NCBI GenBank assembly: GCA_038087875.1
Contig: CM075989.1
Span: 19,098,001-19,162,000 of the forward strand
DNA length: 64,000 nt
Direction: 5' to 3'
Source: Malacoraja senta
Lineage: Eukaryota
The notes under the pieces: generated by a model
The model's input: only the letters and a program-made list of their open reading frames with translations
Database searches by the model: none
What the model was told of the DNA's origin: nothing
Made by a program: the position numbers and the translations under genes
Shown here: positions 24,989-38,229 of the stretch, piece by piece
Numbering within the stretch: position 1 is the stretch's first letter
Layout of the letters: each line of letters starts with the position of its first letter

Positions 24989-27900
24989 CAGAGCTGCCAA
25001 CTCTCACGCATTGAGCGTGAGACTCACGCATTTCGCCCAATTCTCACGCTCTCACAGAATTTCTCACGCTCTGTCGTGAGAAATTCTGTGATCAACGGGA
25101 ATTTCAAAACTAATATCAACTGCATGGGTCGTGGGTGTTGGAGAGCTGGGCGGAGGGAGGGATGGAAGCAGAAGCAGCGGCGGGGACAGATGCGGACAGG
25201 GAGCCGGGGCTGGCGAGTGTTTTCTGGGCTGACGAGTGTTTTCCGGGCTGGCGTGTGTTTGCCGGGGCTGGCAAGTCGCAGATCCGGCCATGGAACAGCC
25301 TCAGTCAAAGAGTCCCGGGCCGTCAGAGGCGTCGGAAGTGTTGCGCCGTTGCCGTGAGAGTCTATGTGCCAAATTCGCCCTGGTAAACAGCATGGACCAG
25401 GCTGCGGCTCGGTGCATCCTGGAGGACAACCAGTGGCTGCTGGAAGTAGGTACCAAGCACTGGGTAGAAACGGTGGAAGATAGTGGCCCTTCAAATGGGG
25501 GTGGTTGGAGAAAGCATCCTGCTTGCCTGCTAGATTTTCACTTACTGTAACTGCAGGAAAAATGTGCCCGATGTTGGGGGAGTTCAGAACCAGGGTTCAC
25601 ACAGTTTAAGAATAAGGGCCAGGCCATTTAGGACGGAGATGAGGAAAAACTTTCTTCACCCAGAGTGTTGTGAATCTGTGGAATTCTCTGCCACAGAAGA
25701 CAGTGGAGGCCAATTCACTGGATGTTTTCAAGAGAGTTACATTTAGCTCTTGGGGCATGCGAAATCAAGGGATATGGGGAAAAAATAGGAAAGAGGTACT
25801 GATTTTAGATGAACAGCCATGATCATATTGAATGGCAGTGGTGGCTCGAAGGGCCGAATGGCCTATTCCTGCACCTATTTTCTATGTTTCTATGCTTGAG
25901 TATATGGCAATAAAACTCGACCACTTGATTTTGAAGCATTCATGCATGGTGGAGGTAGAATGTAGTCATAGAGTGATACAGTGTGAAAACAGGCCCTTCG
26001 GCGCAACTTGTCCACATCCGCCAACATGTCACAGCTACACTACCTGCTTTTGGTCCATATCCCTCCAAACCTGTCCTATCCATGTATCAGTCTAACTGTT
26101 TCTTAAATGTTGGGACAGTCCCTGCCTCAACTACCTCTTCTGGCAGCTTGTTCCATACACCTTTGTGTGTAAAAAGTTACCCCTTAAAAAATTACCTCTT
26201 AAAAATACTTAAAACAAAAAACATTGAAATCATAGTTCTACAATGCACTAAAACATAATTTAATACATCAAACTTCAATAAGTCCCTACCGTGGGAGGGG
26301 GGAGCACCCTTCTCCCACACCCTCCTCCCACTTGGTTGCTCCACTTCCTCGCCGGGTTCCCCCAAGGCCAGTGATCAGTGATCGCTCAGCCCCCCCCCAC
26401 TTTCAAAAACGCTCGGCGGCCCCTGGTTCAGACGGAGAGCACAGCCAGATGTGAGCGGGAACTGAGGCCAGTTGTCCGTGATGTCTGGATCCCAAAGCTC
26501 AGCGCTTCGTGTTTTGGAGTTGGCTAATGTTATTGATTTGTAATTAGCCTGATTTGTAATTAGTTGGCAAAACCTTAATTTATTAATCCGGAATATCCAG
26601 GGGGATGGGATAAGTGTAATATTAAAATGACATGCAAGGTGTCAGGCTGTCTGTCACAACATACAGCCCCGATAGCCCATTATTTCCTTCAGTTAAATAT
26701 TGGGAAGGTAGCACTATTGTCATTTGCCACTCAACTATTATGTTTGTTTACCTCACTGACTATTTCTAAACCCCCTCCCCAAATTCCCTTGACAGGTTGA
26801 ATAGAAATGTCCCCAATCTCGTTGTTTTATTAATTGAACATGTAGATGAACATCCTCAAGGAGTGTAATCAGATGGAAACTGATTCAGATGCGATGTTTA
26901 AGAGCTTGTTCAAAGAAGGGGTATATTTTTAAAAGGTGACAGAGATACTTGCAGGTGAATGTGTGAGGAGGTTTATTTTTCGCCTTTAGTTTTAGCTTGA
27001 AACAGGACAACTGAAGATTCAAAGTTTAATATAGTAATTGTGCTGATACTAACTCCAACCAACCACGTAATGAATATCATCCATTCCGGAGGTTTTCTTT
27101 TTCTGATGCCATTTAAACTTCACTTGGATTTCAATCACTTCAATGTAAAAGTAATTGGGAATGGGGAGCATTGGAACAAAAATTTGCCCTCGGTACATAT
27201 TAACTGTAATATAATAATGTCTGCATGTTGGTAGGTGCAATCAAAACAAAGATCTTTTTTTTTAATCATTGTTGTGTTATGAATACCACAGAAAATATTA
27301 TGTACTCTCAAGATCACATTAAGTAGAATATTATTGCTTAAATATATAGTTATTGGACTTTGCATTTCAGAAAAGTCCCAGCTGAGAGGAAGACAACAAA
27401 ATACTGAAAATATTGGGGGTGAAAATGACTTCAGGACAGTTTGTTGGGAAAATGAAAGAAATGGTAACAGAATACTTATACAGCTGAGTGAGTATAATTT
27501 TATGGATGAGAAATTGTGTTCAACCAATTGATGACTTCTTTGACAAAGTAACTAGCTTGTTAGATAACAAGGATGTAGCAAATTTTGTTATACAAAATGC
27601 CCCATAAAAGATTACTGCATTAGATAAGCACCTATGGACTTGAACATAATAGGTTAAGTCCAGGGGGTCAGATATGGGGCTTTATGTGTGGGCCAGATAT
27701 ATTGTCAGTGCAGAGCGGCTAGGAGCAAGGCCACGTGTGCATCCAGAGCCAAGGCCTGGAATAGTACCAGGTATGCAGTCAAAGCTGGGACAATGGGAGT
27801 GTTCAGCACTGGGATCCTAAGCAGGTAAGCAGCTATGATCAGGGTAGAATAGGGGGCCAGGTGTAAGGCTGGACTCAGGGTCAGAAATGAGAGAAGGTAT

Positions 27901-28318
27901 GCAATTGGAGTCAGGGTTAGTAGTACCAGGTGTGCAGAGACCCAGGTTGGTCAACATGGGCCAAGTGCTTGATTATAATCGGATTTCCATACATGAATAC
28001 ACTAAGATCATTCATGTGCTGCACCTGTTGATCAGAGCCTGGCTCTACTGTGGAATGTAATCAGGAATGTAATTTAACCTAACCTTATTCATAGCTAATC
28101 CAATTTAAAGCATAAATATTGCATTCAAGTGTAAGTTAAAAGACTCGCTACAGTATGCACCAGATTTCAAGCTGAAAAATGCAAAAGCTCCGTACCAATG
28201 AGATAGGGGACACCCCCCACCCACAACCTTCCCTCCCCCCTCTCGGTCGCTACGCTCCCTTGGGCTTGGTCTCTCGCAATTTCTCACTCCCAACTCTCAC
28301 CCAATGTTGGCAGCCCTG
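24989..28318. mobile_element. Possible large hAT-like non-autonomous element inflated by later insertions
   Basis: Ends cagagctgccaac and gttggcagccctg are 12/13 complementary. Flanks tgtgcag and tgtgtag are similar, and ctcac subterminal motifs occur at both ends. Confidence 0.45.
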
Positions 28319-29512
28319 TGTGTAGAGATCCATAAATTCTTGGAGTCATACAGCATGTAAACAGACCCTTGGACCCAACTTGCCCACATGCCCCATCTAC
28401 ACTAATCGCACCTGCTCGCATTTGGTCCAGATCCCTCTAAACCTGTCCTATCCATGTACCTGCCCAAATGTCTCTTAATCAGTGTAGTAGTACATCTACT
28501 GGCAGCTTGTTCCACATACCTACCATCCTTTGCGTAAAAACGTTACCCCTCAGGCTCCTATTAAATCTTTCCCCCCTCACCTTAAGTCTTGTTTTCGTTC
28601 CCCCACTCTGGGTTAAAGACTTTATGCATTTACCCGATCTATTCCTCTCCTGGTTTTGTGCACCTCTATAAGATCACCCATCACCCTCCTGCGCTCCAAG
28701 GAATAAAGTCCTAGCCTGCTCATTGAATTGACTACAAAGAGAATTTGGACAATTAGTCTATATATTGCCAGTACTTAATTAGCTTACTGAACTACAGAAT
28801 TATCAACGGACCTTGGAAAAATACCAAGATACCAATTTAATACTATCCATGACTGGAGTGATCTCATCAAAAATGTATTGGAAGGTTCAGAGATTCTTTA
28901 GGGCCTCAAGCTAGATGATCCTCTGATCTGTCTGATAACTACCAATTTATTGAAACACCTGGGATGTATTCTCATGATTAAAAAGGTGTGTGTTTATGTT
29001 CTGCTTAAGGAAGCTGACCTAGTAAAAGCTTGGGGGCATTAAAGGAGAGGGTTTGTTTTCATCCTTGTTTTAAAACAGATATTTTCAGTCATTTGCAAGG
29101 AGGTTAATTCACACGGGGTCTGCCATTAAATTTTATTTTGATCTGTTTTCATCAAAATAACCGGTGCTTTTTCTCGAGAACAATAAGATTACGCACATCG
29201 ATTAAAAATCAAGCTACATTTATCAACTATCTTTTCCATCAATATCCTCCCATCTTCTGTTTTGGTTTTGTGACCAGTCGACATGATTTAATAAACCAAT
29301 AACTAAAAAAGTATAAAATCACACATTAAACATTTGTCATATTATTAAAATAATGTACAATTTAACAAACATGTGTCATGTTGCCGGAAAACAAAATAAT
29401 TGTTAATATTCGCAGCCTTTGATACGTTCATGTGACATTCTTGCTGCTTAACGTCAAATAAATACATCCCAGTTACTGCTATGTCCACCTATAAGCTGCT
29501 TAAGCTGTTTCA

Positions 29513-30855
29513 GATGAAATGTGTAGGAGGGAACTGCAGATGCTGGTTTACACTGAAGACAGACACAAAGCGCAGACTGGACGATTGTTTCGCTGAACAC
29601 TTTTGCTCAGTCCGCCTGGAGCTGATGCGGAAAGGGTCAACAGCGTGAAGTTCCTAGGACTCCACCTGTCAGATGACCTGACGTCCACGACCAACACCAC
29701 AGCACTGGTCAAGAGAGCCCAGCAGCGACTACACCCTCTCCGAAGACTACGTAAAGCAGGTCTCCCCACTACACACCTACGAACTTTTTATAGGGGGACA
29801 ATCGAGAGCACATTAACCTACGGCATCACTTCCTGGTTCGGGAGCTGCAAGGCGTACGAACGGCACCAACTAGACAGGATTGTGAAGACCGCCAGCAGGA
29901 TTATTGGTGCTCCACTCCCTTTCCTGCTGGACATATACAGGAAGAGATGTATCAGCAGAGCCATCTCCATCATCAAAGACCCCTACCACCCATCGCATCA
30001 CATATTCTCCATCCTGCCATCTGGGAAGAGGTACAGGAGCATTAGGTGCAAAACCGGCAGGATGCTCCTCAGCTTCTTCCCGCAGGTTATAAGACTGATA
30101 AACGGACTTTGTCCCCTGCCAAAGTATCGTGCACCAACCACCAACCTGGACACACTGCAGCAGAGCCACTGTCGTGCCGCTGCCGATCGGAACGCCTGTT
30201 GATGTTTAGTAGAGTGTTCATTTGTTCATGATATATGTATTTTTACTTCTATTTATTTTTTACTGCACACTGAAATGGACACTGGTTGAGGAACGTTTTT
30301 TTGTTTCCTCTGGGTATGCGAATACTCAGGAAATGACAATAAAGATATACAATACAATATACAATACCTACTTGATCTCCCGGTTGCCAAGCACTTTAAC
30401 TCGCCCTCCCATTCCCACACTGACCTTTCTGTCCTGGGCCTCCTCCACTGTCAGAGTGAGGCCCAGCGCAAATTGGTGGTACAGCACCTCAGCTTACACC
30501 CCAGCGGTATGAATATCAGTTTCTCTGACTACAAGTAACCCTTGCTTTCCCTCCCTCAATCCCTCCCCCACCCCAGTTCTCTGACTAGTTTCACTGTCCT
30601 CCTGATAAATTCTACTGTTGTGTGACTAGTTTTTCCCCTCAGCCAACAATGAACCATTATACATTTTCTTGACCATCGTGTGCTTTGATCTGTCCTTTTC
30701 ACACCTTACATGCTCTTTGTACCCTTCCATATCTTCAGTTTCCCTCTCCCCTGACCCTCAGTCTGGAGAAGGGTCTCGACCCGAAACGTTACCCATCCCT
30801 TCTCTCCAGAGATACTGCCTGTCCCGCTGAGTTACTCCAGCATTTTGTGTCTATG
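29513..30855 (+). mobile_element. Penelope-like element with inverted 5' segment, split by a nested LINE
   Basis: 12-bp TSD taagctgtttca at 29501-29512 and 30856-30867. The GIY-YIG frame TKRRLDDCFAEHFCSVR (about 29565-29616) resumes as LDLPVAKHFNS (about 30371). A mutated hammerhead core lies at about 30763-30790. Confidence 0.8.
29617..30367 (+). mobile_element. Rex1/Babar-type LINE, 5'-truncated, open ORF2 C-terminus
   Basis: ERVNSVKFLGLHLSDDL...KRAQQRLHPLRRLRK...FYRGTIESTLTYGITSWFG is a DUF1891-like post-RT region. It ends in aatgacaataaa followed by a (TACAA)n tail. Confidence 0.85.
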
Positions 30856-31092
30856 TAAGCTGTTTCAAACCTGACCACCTCATTTAATTAATTTATTTTA
30901 TTTTTTAAACCAGCAATAGCCAAAATCAAATTGCAATAGTTAAGTTTAAGGTGGTCCTTACAACATGACACTTTCACCAAGTTTTGGGCACCAGTCGTAT
31001 GACTTTTCATGTGTCTGAGTCAAATGTTGTTTTGTGACATCATTTGACATAAAGGTCAAATTGCACAAGATGATTGAGAATTTTTAGGCAGA

Positions 31093-31380
31093 GCCACTGC
31101 CTTACTGCGCCAGAGACCCGGGTTCGATCCCGACTACGGGTGCTTGTCCGTATGGAGTCTGTACGTTCTCCCCGTGACCTGCGTGGGTTTTCACCGAGAT
31201 CTTTGATTTCCACCCACACTCCAAAGACATACAGGTTTGTAAGTAAATTGGCTTGGTAAATGTAAAAATTGTCCCTGGTGTGTGTAAGGTAGTGTAAATG
31301 TGCGGGGATCGCTGGCCGGCGCAGACCCAGTGGGCCGAAGTGCCTGTTTCCACGCTGTATCTCTAAATTAAACAAAACTA
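31093..31380 (+). mobile_element. HE1-like V-SINE
   Basis: Same family; lies inverted relative to the copy at 31708-32012. Confidence 0.85.
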
Positions 31381-31707
31381 AGGGTCTCCACCCGAAACGT
31401 CACCTATTCCTTTTCTCCAGAGGTGCAGCCTGACCCACTGAGTTACTCCAGCTTTTTGTGTTATATTTCCCCTGATATCTCTTTGTGGGACTTTCAATGG
31501 TTCAATAGTTCTTTTACTGTCACGTGTACCGAGGTACAGTAAAATATATTTTTGCATATCAGTGAGATATTGCCATACACACAGACAATCCCCGATTAAG
31601 TACCTCATGCACGGAAACACCTATCTAAGTCCATATGAAATGGTCGCCAGATTTTGGCACCATTTTTCACTGATCAAGCTGCAGCTGGCCTTTAAGGCTC
31701 ATTCTAA

Positions 31708-32012
31708 AGTTTAGTTTAGAGATACAGTGCAGAAACAAGTCCTTCGGCCCATTGAGTCCGCACCGACCAGCGATCCCCGCACACTAACACTATCCTACAC
31801 ACATGAGGGACAATTTACATTTATAGGAACTCAATTAACCTACAAACCTGTTTGTCTTTGGAGTGTGGGAGGAAACCGAAGATCTCGGAGAAAACCCACG
31901 CGGTCACGGGGAGAACATACAAACTCCGAGCAGACAGCACCCATAATCGGGATGGAACCCGGGTCTCTGGTGCTGCAAGGCAGCAACTCTACCGCTACGC
32001 CACCAAGCCGCC
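31708..32012 (-). mobile_element. HE1-like V-SINE, full length
   Basis: Same family motifs. Confidence 0.88.
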
Positions 32013-32477
32013 CAGAAACAAAAACCTTTCTAAAGTTGTTCATAATAAACTGATCTAATGGCAGGGGGAAGGGAGTGCCTGAGTAAAACCCACCTTGAGA
32101 TTTTCTTATTATCATTACAATTCTTGTGATCCCCGCCCCTCACACCATGTTAACTCCTGTAATTATACAAATCGCTGTTATTAATCAGAAATGCTGAATT
32201 TCAAAGTAACATTATTGTGTGGCTGAATTTCCAAAGTGCCTGGGGGACTTACACCTGAGTGCTTGGAGTTCTGTTGTTTCTAGTTTAGAATGGGATAAAA
32301 CTAAGGGGTTTGCATGGTCATGTTTTAAGATGTAAACAGATAAAAGTGCTTTCATCTCTTCCTTGCCTGTTGTCTATTAGCACAACCAGTTTAAAAAAAG
32401 GTCTTAATGCCTTCAATACAGCACTCCCATCAAGTACATGATAACAGGTTTGTTTCACCCATCAACATTCTGTTTGA

Positions 32478-32667
32478 AGGTACACAAAAATGCTGGAGAA
32501 ACTCAGCGGGTGCAGCAGCATCTATGGAGCGAAGGAAAGGGTCTGAAGAAGGGTTTCGGCCCGAAACGTTGCCTATTTCCTTCGCTCCATAGATGCTGCT
32601 GCACCCGCTGAGTTTCTCCAGCATTTTTGTGCACCTTCGATTTTCCAGCATCTGCAGTTCCTTCTTT
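32478..32667 (+). mobile_element. Fold-back Penelope-derived mini-element with a hammerhead core in the loop
   Basis: 14-bp TSD aacattctgtttga at 32464-32477 and 32668-32681. About 60-bp inverted arms, with the core at 32543-32570. Confidence 0.85.
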
Positions 32668-32879
32668 AACATTCTGTTTGATCCCAGCTGCGTTGTTGCA
32701 TCAATTAAAAAGACATTTAAAATGGCCTCAATTACTTTAATTATTCGGAAAACTAAAATTCAGGATATTTCTAATATCCAAAAAACAAATCAGTAAAAAA
32801 CATATCTCAACTCATCATAATTAAAATGGTAGACATTCTGGCCATTAGGACCCACTAGGCCCAAAGAAACAGATTTACA

Positions 32880-33000
32880 GTCTGAAGAAGGGTCTCGACC
32901 CGAAACGTCACCTGTTCCTTCTCTCCAGAGAAGCTGCCTGTCCCCTTCTCTCCAGAGAAGCTGCCTGCCTGAGTTACTCCAGCATTTTGTGTCTATCTCC
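32880..33000 (+). mobile_element. Penelope-derived mini-element beginning at the hammerhead core
   Basis: 14-bp TSD gaaacagatttaca at 32866-32879 and 33001-33014. Intact core at 32882-32909. Confidence 0.85.
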
Positions 33001-34553
33001 GAAACAGATTTACATACTGGATGGAAACTATTAACATCTTTATCTAGTAAAGTTTGTACCTGAGATAGGTTTACACTGATCTCTTTGGATTGTTTTCTCT
33101 GGAACGCCAGAGTTTGAGGGGAGACCTGATAGAGATAGATCAAATTATGACAGGCATAGATAGGAAGACAAGCAGAATTTTTTTCCCCGGTATGGAAATA
33201 TCAAAGCCTGAAGGACATAGCTTTAAAGTGGGGGGGTAAACTTTGAAGGAGATGTGCGGGTCAAGATTCAATATAGTTTATTGTCATGTGTCCCAGATAG
33301 GACAATGACCTTCTTACTTTGCTTCAGCACAGAATATAGTTGGCATGAATACAGAACAGATCAGTGTGTCCATGCTGCTGGACATTGGGGGGTAGGGTAT
33401 GGTGGAGACGTCCCTCAAAATAAGGGAAGGGATTTCACGCCAGTGGGCCACATGAGTGGCAAGGGTGGGAGGTAAAATTGTGATTTGGGTAAACAGTATT
33501 GAATGTATGTATAACCTCCGAGAATGTTGGATGAATTTTTTGCACGGTTCCTGTATTGTATGTATTTATTTACTTGAATAAAGTCTATTTGAAATTTATA
33601 AAAAGGATTGGTGGTAGAGGCAGATACGAAAAGTGGCATTTAAAAGGAGTTTTTGATAGGCACATGGATATGCAGGGACTAGAGGGATATAGATCACATG
33701 CAGGCAGGAGTTTAATTTATTCTGGCATCGTGTTCGGCATGGACGTTGTGGGCTGAAGGGCCTGTTCCTGTGCTGTACTGTTCTAAGTTCTAAACGTTAC
33801 AGAGTTGTGATCAGGTCTGGCAGGGTAGACGTGGGATTGATGTGTTTCCTGGGTACAGTGTCTGGAACTGGGAGTGACAGAGTCAACGTAACAGATTAGT
33901 CATTCAGAGATGAGGGGATATGGAGTTGGTGCAGGGATGATGCTGAAGATGGTGATGAAGAACATCCTTCATCTTCATGAATGGCAGAGCAAGCAGACAG
34001 GGCCCAATGTCCTATTCATACTCAACAGAGAAGAGAATTTCATTGTCGTATGTCAAGAGTCAAGAGAGTTTATTGTCATATTTCCCTGACAGGACAATGA
34101 AATTCTTGCTTTGCTTCAGCACAACAGAACATAGTAGGCATTGACTACAAAACAGATCAGTGTGTCCATATACCATTACAATGTCAATAGATAAATGAAT
34201 ATATGCTGAACTTTTTATATATATATACACACATATACAGTATATATATATATGTGTGCGTGTGTATGTGTACATATATACATCTATATATATATGTATA
34301 TTAATAAACAAACAATAATAGTGCAAAGACACAAAATAATGCCCCCGTCTATGTAGTTTGGAGCTTATTTGGAGGTTGCAATGTTTAATAGCTTTTGTTT
34401 GTAGGGAAGAAGCTGCTCCTGAACCTGGACGTTAGTTTCCCGATGCTAGGGCTTGGTGATGGGGCCCGTCAACTCAAGAAGCTGCAGGAGAAGCCCAAGG
34501 GACAAGGATGGATGCCAGGCCGGGCAGTGAAAACCCTGCCTTGTCCCCGCATC

Positions 34554-34608
34554 TGTGTGTGTGTGTCTGTGTGTGTGTCTGCGTCTGTGTGTGTGTGTGT
34601 GTGTGTGA

Positions 34609-34647
<39 letters not shown>

Positions 34648-34930
34648 TGTGTGTGTGTGTGTGAGTGTCTGTGTGTGTGAGTGTCTGTGTGTGTGTGTGT
34701 CTGTGTGTGTGTGTGTGTCTGTGTGTGTGTGTGTCTGTGTGTGTGTGTCTGTGTGTGTGTGTCTGTGTGTGTGTGTGTGTGTCTGTGTGTGTGTCTGTGT
34801 GTGTGTGTGTGTGTGTCTGTGTGTGTCTGTGTCTGTGTGTGCGTGTGTGTGTGTGTGTGTCTGTGTGTGTCTGTGTGTGTGTGAGTGTGTGTCTGTGTGT
34901 GTGTGTGTGTCTGTGTGTGTGTGTGTGTGT

Positions 34931-34962
<32 letters not shown>

Positions 34963-34982
34963 CTGTGTGTGTGTGTGTGTGT

Positions 34983-35014
<32 letters not shown>

Positions 35015-35240
35015 CTGTGTGTGTGTCTGTGTGTGTGTGTGTGTCTGTGTGCGTGTGTGTGTGTGCGTGTGTGTATGTGTGCGTGTGTGTGTGTGTGTGA
35101 GTGTGTGTGTATGTGTGTGTGCGTGTGTGTATGTGTGCGTGTGTGCGCGTGTGTGTGTATGTGTGCGTGAGTGTGTGTGTGTGAGTGTGTGTGTGTGTGT
35201 GTGTATGTGTGCGTGTGTGTGTGGGTGTTTGTGTGTGTGT

Positions 35241-35271
<31 letters not shown>

Positions 35272-35367
35272 CGTGCGTGTGTGTGTGTGTGTGTATGTGT
35301 GTCTGTGTCTGTGTGTGTGTGTGTGTCTGTGTGTGTGTGTGTCTGTGTGTGTGTGTGTGTGTGTGTG

Positions 35368-35406
<39 letters not shown>

Positions 35407-35539
35407 TGTGTGTGTGTCTGTGTGTGTCTGTGTGTGTGTGTGTCTGTGTGTGTGTGTGTCTGTGTGTCTGTGTGTGTGTGTCTGTGTTGTGTCTGTGTGT
35501 GTTGTGTGTGTGTGTCTGTGTGTGTGTCTGTGTGTGTGT

Positions 35540-35578
<39 letters not shown>

Positions 35579-35589
35579 TGTGTGTGTGT

Positions 35590-35648
<59 letters not shown>

Positions 35649-35777
35649 TGTGTGTGTGTGTCTGTGTGTGTGTGTGTGTGTGTCTGTGTGTGTGTCTGTG
35701 TCTGTGTGTGTGTGTCTGTGTGTGTGTGTGTTGTGTGTGTGTGTCTGTGTCTGTGTGTGTGTGCTGTGTCTGTGTGT

Positions 35778-35811
<34 letters not shown>

Positions 35812-35830
35812 CTGGTCTGTGTGTGTGTGT

Positions 35831-35871
<41 letters not shown>

Positions 35872-35909
35872 TGTGTGTGTCTGTCTGTGTGTGTGTGTGT
35901 GTGTCTGTG

Positions 35910-35946
<37 letters not shown>

Positions 35947-35947
35947 T

Positions 35948-35981
<34 letters not shown>

Positions 35982-36024
35982 CTGTGTGTGTCTGTGTGTG
36001 TGTCTGTGTGTGTGTGTGTGGTGT

Positions 36025-36061
<37 letters not shown>

Positions 36062-36181
36062 TGTGTGTGTGTCTGTGTGTGTGTTGTGTGTGTGTGTGTG
36101 TGTGTCTGTGTGTGTGTGTGTGTGTCTGTCTGTGTGTGTGTGTGTCTGTGTGTGTGTGTGTCTGTCTGTGTGTGTGTGTGT
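34554..36181. repeat. About 1.6-kb imperfect (TG)n microsatellite with TCTG interruptions, running into an assembly gap
   Basis: Direct reading of the sequence. It explains the CVCV and THTH pseudo-ORFs. Confidence 0.98.
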
Positions 36182-36381
36182 NNNNNNNNNNNNNNNNNNN
36201 NNNNNNNNNNNNNNNNNNNNNNNNNNNNNNNNNNNNNNNNNNNNNNNNNNNNNNNNNNNNNNNNNNNNNNNNNNNNNNNNNNNNNNNNNNNNNNNNNNNN
36301 NNNNNNNNNNNNNNNNNNNNNNNNNNNNNNNNNNNNNNNNNNNNNNNNNNNNNNNNNNNNNNNNNNNNNNNNNNNNNNNNN
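36182..36381. other. Assembly gap (200 N)
   Basis: Run of N. Confidence 0.99.
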
Positions 36382-38229
36382 GTCAACCCATTCCCTCTCC
36401 AGATGCTGCCTAACCCACTGAGTTCCTCCAGCACTGTGTTTTGCTCAGGATTCCAGCATCAGCAGTTTCTTGTGTCTCCATTCAACAGTTTGGTTCATTA
36501 TCTGCTCAGGAGATACACGTAATAACTCTCTGGAACGATATCAATCAGCGCACTGTTCCTGTTAGCACACAGTTAGATATAATAATAATAATAATAATAG
36601 ATTTTATTTTAAGGGCGCCTAATACCGAGGTCTCTAGGACACCTTACAATTTAAGATATAGCCCTTAGGGCTAATGGAATCAAGGGATAGGGGGGAAAAA
36701 GCAGGAACAAGGTACTGATTCTGGAAGATCAGCCATGATCATATTGAATGGCGGGGTGCTGGCTCGAAGGGCCGAGTGTCCTACTCTCTATGTTTCTACT
36801 TCAGATCAATGTATTAGATTGTGGATCTCATTATGATGGGGCAGAATGGGTGGAAGGAATGACCTTCAATAGTTGGATCCATAGCCAACCTAAAAAGGAA
36901 GCCAATTGTGGTCACCGGCCAACCACTGCTGCCACAGGACATCACCGTGACGCCAGCAACTTCAATAGCCTTGGCTTTTATCGCCAGATCAGGAAAGACA
37001 AGCCCAACACCATGACCGTAGCCAATAGTGAGACCCCCAAATGTTCCCTACACCACACCAGGGTGTTGAAGGTGGTGAAGGGGAGTGGGGAGAGAGCTGG
37101 CAATAGGTATGGTCATTGAATGTCACAGGGAGAGAATGGCTGTTACTCATCACAACACACCTTGCCCGAGTCAAGAGAGGTTTAATTCTGTTATAGGAGC
37201 AGAATTAGGCCATTCGGACCAACAAGTCTACTCTGCCATTCAAGCAGGGCTGATCTATCTTTCCCTCTCAACCCCATTCTCCTGCCTTCTCCCCATAACC
37301 CCTGACACCCATACCAATCAAGAATCTACCAATCTCTGCCTTAAAAATATCAATTGACTTGGCCTCCACAACTGTCAGTGGCAATGAATTACACAGATTC
37401 ACCACCCTTAATTGTCATATGTACTGGCAATGGGACTTCATTAAGTTCTTACTTCTTCAGTTTTACAGGCCCATGTTTCTTGGGGAACACAAATATATTT
37501 GAAGATTTAGCATTTAAGCATAGATCCTTCATTGACTTGTGCCAACCAAAGGTTTAGAGTCAATCTGAGAGATATGGCCTTGAAACGGGTGCTTCAAGCA
37601 CTCATTGACACTGATCCTACCATTACTGGGACCAGTGTAAATGATATTCTTTCCACATTGAGACAGAGTTTATGGGATGGCTTCATTTTTCCAATTGTCA
37701 TCTCCATGTTTTGTTGTGAAGACTCGTCTTTGTTTTGTTGCAGCTCTGCGGGTTAGAGCAGTGTGTCCAAACAAAATTCTCATCAATTCAATGGAGAAAC
37801 ACAGACCTGGATTCCTTCAAGTTGAGACAAGAGATGCTGGAGTCTTCAGCAAAACACAAAGTGCTGGAGAAACTCAGCAGTTTCGGCAGCATCTGGGGAG
37901 GTTAAAGACGGGCAACGTTTTGGTCGTGACACTTCTTCAGACTTGCGTTGGTTGATTCCTTCAAGTTGGTTTCGATATGGACTTCAATGACTGAGGGGGT
38001 TAAATGAGTTATAGGGCAAAGAACCCACACTATCGTTTTATGTTTTGCAAATTCCCCCTGCCTACGGATTACTCACAACAGGTTGGGTTTTGAGAGGGTG
38101 GGGAAAGTCGACATTTAAAAAAGCAAAAAGATTGCAAACCTCAGTTGTCAGAGATTATTTTCTTTAAAGAAAACATCCATAACTTGGGGCAAACAGCAAT
38201 TTCTCCTTGCCAGAATCATATGGTATAGT

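Noticed and set aside
34446..36522. Long ORFs of 400-660 aa (THTH.../CVCV...)
   Set aside because: Artefacts of the (TG)n microsatellite and the adjacent N gap.
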